A stretch of DNA of 64,000 bases from positions 67,034 to 131,033 of the forward strand of contig JAHPZE010000009.1 in the NCBI GenBank assembly GCA_019058365.1, read 5' to 3'. Every line of letters starts with the position of its first letter. Position 1 is the first letter of the stretch. The stretch is from Promethearchaeota archaeon (lineage in GTDB: Archaea > Asgardarchaeota > Lokiarchaeia > Sigyniarchaeales > SOKP01). Below the pieces are notes generated by a model, which was not told the origin of the DNA, ran no database searches, and saw only the letters and a list, made by a program, of their open reading frames with translations. A program made the position numbers and the translations under genes. Of this stretch, positions 30,752-40,317 are shown piece by piece.

Positions 30752-32242
30752 TTAACTACCTCCAAATTGATTTGCATATTGAATTAATCCAGTAGCACTA
30801 AATCTAGCCATCCTTATCTCTGTTGCTGTAAATAGCATTATCCCAACAATCCATGGATAGTCGTGATTGATAGGACATGTATAGTAGCTAACATAAATGT
30901 CATCACCTCTTATGACAACTCCTGTATATGCGGTGTCACCATTGCTAGGAAGGTCAAAAAGATGAATCAGTCGATCTTGTTTAACTTCATAAATTGAAGT
31001 TCGTTTTTTACTTATGTGATTGCCAAGATCGATACTTGGACCGAGGTGATTACGTCCTGCAGCAAAAATTCTTTTTCCATCTTCCAATGCGAAAAGGGTT
31101 GCCCCATCTAATCGTGTTTGGAAATCTGCAGCATATGACCAGTTTAAGAGGTTGTTATATGATGTAGCTATGATAGTACAAGCATGAGGAGTACCAAATA
31201 AATAACCTTCCCAACTACTCACAGAACTCACGCGTAAGGTTGCAATTAATTCACCATTTGGTAAGAACATCAAACAAGGTTCATCACTAAAATAAGTCTC
31301 ATAAACTACAGATACTTCTGTCCAATTTACACCGTCATTAGTTTCTAATAAAATTGTTTCGGGGTTGTCTTCTTCTTCATTGCTAGCCATAACATACCAA
31401 GTATTATTATCATTAGTTATTGGCTCTTGTCTTCCAAAATGCCACCCACCTTCCAGTTCCCATGTTGTTCCATGAGAAACGTTGACAAATATTTGTTCTG
31501 GAACTGACCAAGTTTCACCATCTATACTTGAGCAATAAAAAGTCCAATTTGGACTAGGATCAAACTCAAAATTAGGTAAGAAGTATAAAAATAATGTTCC
31601 ATTAATCTCCGTTAATAATGGATCTCTTACATCATTTTGTCCAGGACCTTTAATAGTAGCTACTGTCTGCCAACTTCCAGCAGAAGCATCAGAAGATTTA
31701 GCTACTACTAATTCACCATTTAGATCCTGAAGGTGCCACTTAGAAGACTGATAAACTAGATAGAATTCATCATTCCAATAGAATAGTTCAGTATTAGATT
31801 TATGATGCTTTTCTAAATTATTACCCGATGGGATTGCTGTCCAAGTTTCCAAATGGAGAATAGGATCTACATTAAAGGAAGGAGGAAGACGAAGAGAATA
31901 ATATGTAAGCATAGCTCCAAATAATGAAACAAGCGATATCATTAAAGTGAATAAAACAACGATACATTTTTTACCACTATTTAGAACTTTACCTTTAAAT
32001 TGTCTTGTTTCTTTTTTGATAAAAAACACATCTGTAAGAACAAGATATATAGTTTCAAAGATCCCGATAAATAGAAAAATAGCTATGACGATTCCAAAGA
32101 AGAAAGTGAAATTTCTTGTTCCTCTCCCAAATGGTTCTAATGTTCCAATCGTACCAATTATAATCATCAATACCACAGCGATTAATATTGAATACAAGGG
32201 AATTTTAACTTTTGTAGTTAGTTTTATTTTGAGTTTCAGCAT
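30752..32242 (-). CDS. Membrane-anchored sialidase-like (BNR/Asp-box) beta-propeller protein
   Basis: Three N-terminal TMs, DVRDP, and Asp-box-like SSIDGETW and ETNDGVNW. Confidence 0.7.
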   Translation of the reverse strand: MLKLKIKLTTKVKIPLYSILIAVVLMIIIGTIGTLEPFGRGTRNFTFFFGIVIAIFLFIGIFETIYLVLTDVFFIKKETRQFKGKVLNSGKKCIVVLFTLMISLVSLFGAMLTYYSLRLPPSFNVDPILHLETWTAIPSGNNLEKHHKSNTELFYWNDEFYLVYQSSKWHLQDLNGELVVAKSSDASAGSWQTVATIKGPGQNDVRDPLLTEINGTLFLYFLPNFEFDPSPNWTFYCSSIDGETWSVPEQIFVNVSHGTTWELEGGWHFGRQEPITNDNNTWYVMASNEEEDNPETILLETNDGVNWTEVSVVYETYFSDEPCLMFLPNGELIATLRVSSVSSWEGYLFGTPHACTIIATSYNNLLNWSYAADFQTRLDGATLFALEDGKRIFAAGRNHLGPSIDLGNHISKKRTSIYEVKQDRLIHLFDLPSNGDTAYTGVVIRGDDIYVSYYTCPINHDYPWIVGIMLFTATEIRMARFSATGLIQYANQFGGS

Positions 32243-32408
32243 TATTTTTTCTCTTTTTTCTCGATTTTATATTAATTTATGAATAGATTTTAATTAATAT
32301 TTATCTAGAACTAATATTTAAAGATTAAATACATAGATTTTACATTCTTTATCTTAAATGTAGAAAATTAATTGATAATGAATTAGTGAACTTCGCAAAT
32401 CTTTTCAA

Positions 32409-33074
32409 TCAACCATAAAATAGTTGATATAACTCCTTATAAAGTTCAGCAAGTCGAGAAATTCTATATTGGTCATTTTGTTGTAAAATGTAGGAGATAT
32501 AACCGGCTAATCCTGTTGGATTATTAATCCATTGCAAAAAACCTTCAACTTCTGCTTTAAGATACGGATCAATCTTAGGTTGAGTTGATGCAACTTGGTT
32601 CGCTACAGCTTGCTCTGATGAATTCTCAGATGCTATCTCTTCCTTACTGTCGGTCGGTAATTCAATCTTAGATTCAATAAATTCAGATTTTATCCCTTTT
32701 TTCAACATAGCTGCTGCTCTTGCTATAGCAGGATATGCCATATGAAACCAACCTTTGGCTTTAGGTTTAATATGAGCCAACATATATTTATCTCCATCTG
32801 GAGTCGCAGCACCAATTAAATGTCCTTTCTTATGACGATTTGTGCTTATAAAACGTTCAGGTTCCATCTGCAAAATGGAGTACTTAATTTCATTAAGAGT
32901 GACAAATTGTGCATTCCCGCTAGACCATTTAGCTAAAATTTCATTTATATCTTTCTTAATATCCCACTTACCTGTAGAAAATAAAACTTTTCCTTTTTTA
33001 TCCACTAATGCTACATCTGATGCATCAGGATAGTGTTTTTGTAATTTACTCACAACAGATTTGATACTAACCAT
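32409..33074 (-). CDS. Asgard-type profilin domain with C-terminal helical extension
   Basis: VALVDKKGKVLFSTGKWDI..VTLNEIKYSILQMEPERFISTNRHKKGHLI follows the Loki-profilin pattern as I recall it. Extra ~95 aa (acidic linker + helices). Likely start is ATG at 33074. Confidence 0.7.
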   Translation of the reverse strand: MVSIKSVVSKLQKHYPDASDVALVDKKGKVLFSTGKWDIKKDINEILAKWSSGNAQFVTLNEIKYSILQMEPERFISTNRHKKGHLIGAATPDGDKYMLAHIKPKAKGWFHMAYPAIARAAAMLKKGIKSEFIESKIELPTDSKEEIASENSSEQAVANQVASTQPKIDPYLKAEVEGFLQWINNPTGLAGYISYILQQNDQYRISRLAELYKELYQLFYG

Positions 33075-33100
33075 AATCAGGAAAGCTTTTGTTATTCTTT

Positions 33101-34483
33101 TCAATCACTAAATTTTTGTTTGGTTATTTTAATCCAATTATCAATATCTCTTAAAAGTTCCACCTTCTCTTTCGAACTTAATCCTATATTAGGTTCGGCT
33201 CGTTGATAAACATTAATATATTTACTGAGCTCCCATAAATAATTTACATGTAGAATTTTTTGCTTGATATTATTTCTTACTATTTCAAAAGCTCTTCCAA
33301 TTGTTTGGATATCATAATTTTCTTCAATTATTTTTTTTAATGTTATAAGTGATTCTAAAGGATTTTCATGTGGAATATAAGGAAGGGGTTTAATTTCGAT
33401 AAAAGGGCGTTTCATAGTCCTCAATTCAAAGTCTTCTTCTTTTTTAATAAGTTTCATAACCGCGGGTTTTTCAAGTGTCTCAGGTTGTTGAGGCTGATAA
33501 AGTTTATTTTTCTTTTCTATACCTGCGTTCTCTAATTCTTCTTTTGTTTGTCTTTTAAATTCTACTGGCCATTCTTTGAAAGAGTTCATTCTATCCTCAG
33601 CAGATATGAAAATAGACTCTTTAGGCATTTTTTTATACATTTGATCACCCTCTTGATTAGAAGTAAAGGGTTTACCAGATCTAAGGAAGGGAGCAGATTT
33701 TTCAATTATAGAAAATAGGAACATTGGATCATATTGAATAGAAGAGTAGACATTTTTTAATCTTAGGATAGTCTTATTAATATTTTGTAACTCTGTGCTG
33801 GTAAAATTCTCAATGAGATGTTTATCACTACCTAACGTAATTCCAAACAATCCTGCTATAGCTTCTAAGTATTTTGTTTTAGCTTCATATTCAATATCTC
33901 CTGATATCATTATCTTATTGTAGGAATCTCTAGAAGTACTCAATAGCATATGCCCATTTTTTTCTATTTGAAAAGATTTTGGATCTCGTAAGACTTCTAT
34001 AAACTCTAGAAAAATATCTTTATAAGGAATAAATAAATTTCTCATAAGTGTACCTCGTATAAAGGTTAACTTATTTTCTGATTTAAATGACATGTCAATT
34101 GGCATCTTAAATAATTTTTCACCAATAATTACATCTCTATCATTTTCTAATGTAATATTAAGTGATGTTGCTAAATGGTCATATACGTAATCAGCTAAAA
34201 TTAAACCTGTTAATTGTCGGTTATCTGTGATATATCTTCCAGATTGTAATTCAAATTTAACATAATAATATCCTAATCCAAATAAATAATATAGTGTACC
34301 CATTTCACTTGATATAGCGCATTCAGTGCCCCCTAAAAATATAACCAGATCTTGAGAAATTTTGGAAACATTATGATGAGCATATTTACCCAATGTTGGA
34401 TAACCAAGTAAATCTCCCCAACTTGGGATAATAAAAAGAATATAATGAGGAACTAGTTTGCCATTGATAATATTAGTTGACAT
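33101..34483 (-). CDS. Hypothetical protein upstream of the profilin gene
   Basis: 460-aa ORF. Its C-terminal ~80 aa resemble the C-terminus of the 8246-10453 protein. Confidence 0.75.
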   Translation of the reverse strand: MSTNIINGKLVPHYILFIIPSWGDLLGYPTLGKYAHHNVSKISQDLVIFLGGTECAISSEMGTLYYLFGLGYYYVKFELQSGRYITDNRQLTGLILADYVYDHLATSLNITLENDRDVIIGEKLFKMPIDMSFKSENKLTFIRGTLMRNLFIPYKDIFLEFIEVLRDPKSFQIEKNGHMLLSTSRDSYNKIMISGDIEYEAKTKYLEAIAGLFGITLGSDKHLIENFTSTELQNINKTILRLKNVYSSIQYDPMFLFSIIEKSAPFLRSGKPFTSNQEGDQMYKKMPKESIFISAEDRMNSFKEWPVEFKRQTKEELENAGIEKKNKLYQPQQPETLEKPAVMKLIKKEEDFELRTMKRPFIEIKPLPYIPHENPLESLITLKKIIEENYDIQTIGRAFEIVRNNIKQKILHVNYLWELSKYINVYQRAEPNIGLSSKEKVELLRDIDNWIKITKQKFSD

Positions 34484-34643
34484 ATTTTTTTAAAAAAAAA
34501 GTGAATTCCTATTTTAAAATGTTAGTTTCTACTATTTAATTTTTTCTTTAAACTAGACTTCATGCATATTAATGTTTATAGAAGGAAATCAATTGTAAGT
34601 AAACTTCTTAATGTATTATTCTAGTTTTTTCATTTGTTTTTAG

Positions 34644-34877
34644 TGGAATGGCATTAACTTCTATGCAATTCTCAGTATTGGATATGATATAACAAAATAT
34701 ATCAAAGTAGAGCAAAATTTAAAAGAATCTAAAGAAAAATTCAGAGTAATCACTGAACAGTCATTTATGAGTATCTTAGTTATACACAATGGCGTTTTAA
34801 AATATTTTAATGAAAGACTGCTAAAAAGACTGGGATATTCCGTAGAGGAAATAAAAAATTGGAAACCATATAATTAA
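34644..34877 (+). pseudogene. PAS-domain (sensor kinase) fragment
   Basis: WNGINFYAILSIGYDITKYIKVEQNLKESKEKFRVITEQSFMSILVIHNGVLKYFNERLLKRLGYSVEEIKNWKPYN* is a typical PAC-DIT..LKESEEKFR-PAS junction. It is bounded by stops, with no start codon upstream of the DIT motif. Confidence 0.75.
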
Positions 34878-34881
34878 AAAT

Positions 34882-36810
34882 TTAATTTGAATCAACAGAA
34901 TCACGCTGTATCCATACTGTCATTTGACTTTTACCACGATTAGCCCAAGCATAATAAGGGATAAGATGTATTTTTTCTAAATTCTTATCATTATTATGAA
35001 TAGAACCTGTAATACTAACAATCCCATTAAGTAAATCACTATGGTATTTCTCTTCGAGTAATATATTATCATTTAATTTTATATTAAATATGGATTCAAT
35101 TTCATTATCAACACTTTCAATACAATAAACAAGGGGACCTCGTTCAATTGCCACCTTATCGATATTTTCTTTAACCTTTGGATTACTTAATACTCTTCTA
35201 ATGGGCATTGGTATGCTTAATTCAATAGTATCGTTATCTTTCCAAGTTCTCTGAATTCTAATAAATCCATTTTTTATATGAAATTCTATTAATTCATTGT
35301 TGACTTTTATACTTAATTCCAGATTATTCGGTGTCAAGTAATAATATAAATCACTTGGAACTGGTTTGTTCTGTACCCAGCCAGGAATTCGAATTGCAAT
35401 AGCAAATTCTTTCGTCTGGGTCAGAGAGACTGCAATTTTTATTTCTCCATTCCATGGATAATTTGTTTCTTGAACAAGTGACACTTCCGTATCTTGAAAT
35501 TTAATCGATGCAATACTCCCAATAAAAAGATTAACATAAATACAATCATTTTCTAGCGCATAAATATAACCTGGAATCTGGGGTATAAAGCGTACAATAT
35601 TAGTAGGACAACAAGGACACTTATACCAAGATCTTCTGCTTACATTTCCTTTTGAAGAGAGAGGGTTAGTATAGAAAAATCCTTTTCCGTTTAATGAAAT
35701 TCCCGAAAGGAACCCATTATATAAAATACGTTCCAAAACATCAATATATTTAGCATCACCATACAATAAAAAAAGACGGAAATTCCAAAATATATTGGCA
35801 ATAGCAGCGCATGTTTCAGCATAAGCTTCAAAATTAGGCAATTCATATTCATCTCCAAAGCTTTCTCCTTCTGAACGAGCACCAATCCCCCCAGTTATAT
35901 ATAATTTTTTAGAAACTATATTATCCCAAATACGATTTATAGCTGTTTTGTATTCAGAAATATTGTAGAGTGACACGATATCTGTTATTGCTGAATACAT
36001 GTAAGCCGCTCGAACAGCATGTCCAACTGCTTCATATTGCTCAATGACTTTTTTATGAGATTGGTTATATTCAGGAGATCTTGCATCTTCAAAATAAATT
36101 TTAAATTTATTTAAATAATCTTCAAAATCAAATACTTTAGTAGAACCACGAAGGTCTAAGAAAAATTTTGCTAAATCTAAATATTTTGTACTATTTGTAA
36201 TTCTAAATAACCGAATCAAAGCAATTTCAATTTCTTGGTGTCCCGGAATTCTCTCTATTTTTCCTGGACCAAATTCATTATATATTAAATCTGCACTTTT
36301 AATCGCCGCATTTAACAATTTTTGTTTAGCTGTAGCTTGGTAATAGCCAATTGCCGCCTCAATAAGATGCCCCATATTGTATAATTCATGACTTAATATT
36401 GAAACTAATTCCCAACGTTCCTTACCAGCCCATACATGAGGGCTTTCTGGATTTATTGTCCGTGCAGTATATAAATATCCATCATCTTCTTGAGCCGCTG
36501 CTATTTTTTCAATTAAATAATCAACATAATCTTCGAGTTTAGAATCAGGTTTTATAATTAATGAATATGCTGCCCCCTCAATGACTTTAAAAACATCTGA
36601 ATCATCAAAAGGAAAGATCGGTTTTTTTCCGTCATTTAATAATCCTGCGGCTCTAGAAAAATTAGCAATACGTCCAGTCTTCTCGCAATTTTTAAATGCA
36701 TGAGGAATTGTTATTTTATGATTAATTTCTATTCTCGGAGACCAAAATCTATCATTTATCTTTACTTTATCAAGTGAAATTGGTCGAATTACTTTACCTG
36801 AAAAATCCAA
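34882..36810 (-). CDS. GH127 family glycoside hydrolase (beta-L-arabinofuranosidase-like)
   Basis: FDDSDVFK, HELYNMGH, GHQE, GHAVR, ETCAA and CPCCPTN motifs. Confidence 0.92.
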   Translation of the reverse strand: MDFSGKVIRPISLDKVKINDRFWSPRIEINHKITIPHAFKNCEKTGRIANFSRAAGLLNDGKKPIFPFDDSDVFKVIEGAAYSLIIKPDSKLEDYVDYLIEKIAAAQEDDGYLYTARTINPESPHVWAGKERWELVSILSHELYNMGHLIEAAIGYYQATAKQKLLNAAIKSADLIYNEFGPGKIERIPGHQEIEIALIRLFRITNSTKYLDLAKFFLDLRGSTKVFDFEDYLNKFKIYFEDARSPEYNQSHKKVIEQYEAVGHAVRAAYMYSAITDIVSLYNISEYKTAINRIWDNIVSKKLYITGGIGARSEGESFGDEYELPNFEAYAETCAAIANIFWNFRLFLLYGDAKYIDVLERILYNGFLSGISLNGKGFFYTNPLSSKGNVSRRSWYKCPCCPTNIVRFIPQIPGYIYALENDCIYVNLFIGSIASIKFQDTEVSLVQETNYPWNGEIKIAVSLTQTKEFAIAIRIPGWVQNKPVPSDLYYYLTPNNLELSIKVNNELIEFHIKNGFIRIQRTWKDNDTIELSIPMPIRRVLSNPKVKENIDKVAIERGPLVYCIESVDNEIESIFNIKLNDNILLEEKYHSDLLNGIVSITGSIHNNDKNLEKIHLIPYYAWANRGKSQMTVWIQRDSVDSN

Positions 36811-37059
36811 ATTATCAACCTTACAAAAAATTAATATTTCTCAATATTTTTTCTTAAAATTCTAGGTAAATTAAAAATATAAAATTTAAAAAAATTAGGA
36901 TTATGATTATCTAAATACCATTTAAGATAATCAAGAGAGATAAAATCATGATATTATGAATAATTGGATCTATCAAGCATTACCTAAAAAAAACAAGAGA
37001 AATTTATCAATTCAATAGATTTTACATTCTTTTATTTGGTTAAGAAAGTGTGATATGTC

Positions 37060-38046
37060 TTGAAAGAAAAGAATTTTTCAAAATTTCTCTCAAAGAGCAA
37101 TGTGGATAAAGAACAAGCAGCAATTTTTATTGCTAGATTAAATAAATTCGATAAATATCTTAAAAAAAATAATTATAATATTGATTCAATTCCTAAAGCA
37201 GAAATCCTCAAATATACAGAATATTTAATAGCAAATAATAATGACGCAGTGTTAGATTTATTAAGAGCTTTAATCAATTACGCTAATTTCATAAAAAATT
37301 ATGATTATATAATTGAGATTATCGACATCTCAGAATCTTATAATGCAATGGACAATCTTTTTCAAAGAGTTGCTGAGCAACATGGTGAGAAAATCCGAAA
37401 TGAAATTTTTGAAAACATATCAATTCCCCCTTTAGGAATTCATCCAGAGAAAAAACCTGAATTCACTAAAGTAATTATGAAAAGATTAATAGAAAAAATT
37501 GGTGATGAAAAAACAATAGGGTTATTAAAACCGTGTTTGCATGGTCGCCCTGGAGATATCACGAAGGATAGAGAAGATTTCTTAAGATTAAATGATATCG
37601 ATGAATTTTTAAAACTAAAAAAGCAAGAATTAATTGAAAGACTCCAAAAACATCAAAAGGAAGGAACCCTGGAATTTGCACAATATATCGATGAAGAAGT
37701 AATTGAATTTATAAAGAATACTCCAACAATTAATCCTGGAATAAGAGAGGGGGATAAAATTATTGAAGCTAAGCTGCCCTATCAAACAAAGAAACATATA
37801 CAAGCAAAAGAAAAGAGAATGAAAGGTTTTTTTAGTTGTTATTGTCCTTGGATACGAGGTGCTATTAAAAATGGTACTAACAATGAACTTTTCTCTCACT
37901 TCTGCTATTGTAGTGCAGGATACACAAAGAAATACTGGGATGTTATATTCGATCAACCAGTCACCGTGGAACCAATCGAAACATCTCTTACAGGAGGATT
38001 ATTATGCAAGTTTGCTGTTCATATTCCAAAAGAATTTCAAAAATAA
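37060..38046 (+). CDS. Cys-rich DUF6144/V4R-like protein
   Basis: CYCPW, FCYCSAGY and GGLLCKFAV motifs. Confidence 0.6.
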   Translation: MKEKNFSKFLSKSNVDKEQAAIFIARLNKFDKYLKKNNYNIDSIPKAEILKYTEYLIANNNDAVLDLLRALINYANFIKNYDYIIEIIDISESYNAMDNLFQRVAEQHGEKIRNEIFENISIPPLGIHPEKKPEFTKVIMKRLIEKIGDEKTIGLLKPCLHGRPGDITKDREDFLRLNDIDEFLKLKKQELIERLQKHQKEGTLEFAQYIDEEVIEFIKNTPTINPGIREGDKIIEAKLPYQTKKHIQAKEKRMKGFFSCYCPWIRGAIKNGTNNELFSHFCYCSAGYTKKYWDVIFDQPVTVEPIETSLTGGLLCKFAVHIPKEFQK

Positions 38047-38154
38047 GAATACATCCTTCTCAAATTTAAAATTATAAATAGGACAGATTTAAACCTAGAT
38101 TTTAAATTTCTTTAATTTTCAGTTCAATAAGTTCAATTCCACAAAGTCTTATCG

Positions 38155-38325
38155 CTATATTGGTGGGAAATGACCTGAGAAATAAATGAAACTCATAAAA
38201 GCGAAAAAAATCAATGTAAAAACTATTATAATGAGTATAAATCGAATATCATCATTAAGTTTTCTGATTCTGTCAAGTTTTTTTACAATTTCTTTTAATT
38301 GATTTTGGATATTTTCATCATTCAT
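38155..38325 (-). CDS. Small coiled-coil protein with C-terminal TM (56 aa), not in ORF track
   Basis: MNDENIQNQLKEIVKKLDRIRKLNDDIRFILIIIVFTLIFFAFMSFIYFSGHFPPI*. Confidence 0.55.
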   Translation of the reverse strand: MNDENIQNQLKEIVKKLDRIRKLNDDIRFILIIIVFTLIFFAFMSFIYFSGHFPPI

Positions 38326-38518
38326 AATAATACTCTAAATTTAAGATTTCAACTTAATATTATAAGATAAAAAGATATTTAAAAATTTATTATGGATTTA
38401 CTATATGAATTAACTCTCTCCTAATAAGGATAATTCTAAATTTTTTTTCTAAAAAAAATGTTAATTAGTATCTATAAATCAAAATCAATAATAAAATAAA
38501 GAATTAGAAAAATTAGTC

Positions 38519-39658
38519 TTATGTTTTTTTTAATTCCATCTGGGAAATTGCTTTTCCAGATCGGAATGGAATATCTTCAAGAGACATGCCTGCTTCATAT
38601 TTAAACTTCTTCTTAAAGGCTTCATTTAATGATTGGAAATATAGCGACAATGGTAAGTTTTGAGGACAGTTATTATCACAATTTCCGCATTCTACACATC
38701 TATCAGCATCATGAGCTATACGTGTTAATTGATATGTTGCTTTATCAATGTTTTTATCTTTCCTCTTCTTCTGTAATATACAATCCACGCAATAACAAAC
38801 GGGACAACCTCGAATACATGTATTGCACATAGTACATTTAAGTAATTCTGCAATTTTATCTTTTTGTGAGAGATTTTCCCATTCTGCTAGATCTTTAGCT
38901 CTTTTTTCTTTAGCTTTTTCGATTATTTCATTATATTTATCTGAATGTGCTTTTTTCTCCTTATCTGGAAGTGATTTTTTCTTGATTCCTGATTTCTCCA
39001 ATATATCATTTCCTTTATCAGAATACACTTTCAAGATAATCTCATCCGAATCAACTGGAATTCCAAGATCGCTTACAGTCAAATCAGCGACTACCGGAAT
39101 TTTGCGATAGCATCTCAAACAATTCTCAGCAACAGTAAGATTAAGCTCTTTTGTGCTTCCATCTTCCATCTTCACGATAAGACCGTTGTCTCCCACCTTT
39201 TCTTTTACAATTTTAGTTGGATCAACATCCTTAATCGCTCTCATTTCTCGTCCTGCTTTGGGAAGTAGCCCTCTATCTTCAATACCAATTATAAAGAGAT
39301 TATCAAGATTTATTTGCTTGATCTTTGCAAGTTCTATTAGTGCTCTCGTATCGCAAGGACGAGCAATTAATCCTACTTTTTCATTCATCGCACCTGCAAC
39401 AGATTTATGCAGATATTTTGAAGCAGAGTCTGTTCTTGCATAGCCAAATGCAATTAAAGGAGTTAATGGAAAATCCTTCACATCTTCTTCTTTTTCTGCT
39501 AATATAGGCTGAACAGTAAACCTGTCTATAGTCCCGGATTTCTTATCAACTCTCAATTCAGCACCGATTATTTTATCTACTGCTTTTTCTTTTAATAAAG
39601 TTGCTAAAATTTTAGAAAAATCTTCAATCTTTATCAAATATTCTGCTATTGCTTCCAT
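38519..39658 (-). CDS. F420 hydrogenase/formate dehydrogenase beta subunit (FrhB/FdhB family) with 2x[4Fe-4S]
   Basis: ARPCDTRALIEL, NCLRC..ADLTVSD, CTMCNTCIRGCPVCYC and CVECGNCDNNCP. Confidence 0.88.
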   Translation of the reverse strand: MEAIAEYLIKIEDFSKILATLLKEKAVDKIIGAELRVDKKSGTIDRFTVQPILAEKEEDVKDFPLTPLIAFGYARTDSASKYLHKSVAGAMNEKVGLIARPCDTRALIELAKIKQINLDNLFIIGIEDRGLLPKAGREMRAIKDVDPTKIVKEKVGDNGLIVKMEDGSTKELNLTVAENCLRCYRKIPVVADLTVSDLGIPVDSDEIILKVYSDKGNDILEKSGIKKKSLPDKEKKAHSDKYNEIIEKAKEKRAKDLAEWENLSQKDKIAELLKCTMCNTCIRGCPVCYCVDCILQKKRKDKNIDKATYQLTRIAHDADRCVECGNCDNNCPQNLPLSLYFQSLNEAFKKKFKYEAGMSLEDIPFRSGKAISQMELKKT

Positions 39659-39764
39659 GTAATCCCAACTCTATCTATCTACTTAACTAATATTTTTTTT
39701 AAATTTCTCAAATTTTTTGAAACATATTTTAAATATTTTTACTTAAATTTTTTAAACTATTTTT

Positions 39765-39837
39765 ATGTGTTATATGGTGCACCCATTTCTTCAACTGAGT
39801 TCTCACTTTTTTAACTCAATCTCATCAGTAAACACAT
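39765..39837 (-). promoter_or_regulatory. Eukaryote-like SECIS element in the 3' UTR of mvhD
   Basis: mRNA sense: AUGUGUU-uacug-AUGAG-AUUGAGUU-[AAAAAAGUGAG]-AACUCAGU-UGAA-gaa-AUGG-gugca-CCAU-au-AACACAU. It has a 7-bp helix I, an AUGA/UGA tandem G.A core, an 8-bp helix II and an A-rich apical loop, and begins 9 nt after the mvhD stop. Confidence 0.85.
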
Positions 39838-39845
39838 TAAATTTT

Positions 39846-40304
39846 TTAAGCCTTAGCTTTTGCTTTAGCTTTCTCTTTTTTAGGTGTGCCTTTCGAACGT
39901 AGCGGGCTTGGTCCTAATTTATGGACTGTCTTATCGATTTCTATTGCTTCGTTTTGAAATTTCTGTCCTTCAGCTGCGGTACAATAGATTATTTTTATTC
40001 TATCTGGGCTCATTCCAACAACTTTTAATATTTCTTTAGTGTATTCAACTTGTCTATATGCATGGTAATTTCCAGTCTCATAATCACATTCACCTGGGTA
40101 TCAAGCATTAATTACAACAGCATCTGCGCCTCTTCCAAATGCGCGCATAATTAAGTCAGGTCCTACACGTCCAGAACAAGGTACTAAAATGTTTCGTATT
40201 GAATCAGGATATTGAGCGCGGATTGTACCTGCCATATCGGCACTCCCATAACCTCATTTCCAGCAAGCAAAAACAATTATTTTAATATCATTTTCTTCTG
40301 CCAT
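39846..40304 (-). CDS. mvhD: Methyl-viologen-reducing hydrogenase delta subunit (MvhD/VhuD), selenoprotein with Sec17 and Sec68
   Basis: Absent from the ORF track. MAEENDIKIIVFACWK-U-GYGSADMAGTIRAQYPDSIRNILVPCSGRV..GADAVVINA-U-YPGECDYETGN..CTAAEG..LGPSPL, 152 aa. TGA at 40254-40256 and 40101-40103, stop TAA, RBS GAGGT. Confidence 0.93.
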
Positions 40305-40317
40305 GTTTCTTACCTCT

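Noticed and set aside
32409-32411. Terminal TGA of the profilin gene (also at 33101 and 51432) as Sec
   Set aside because: No Cys-like context and no SECIS seen downstream.
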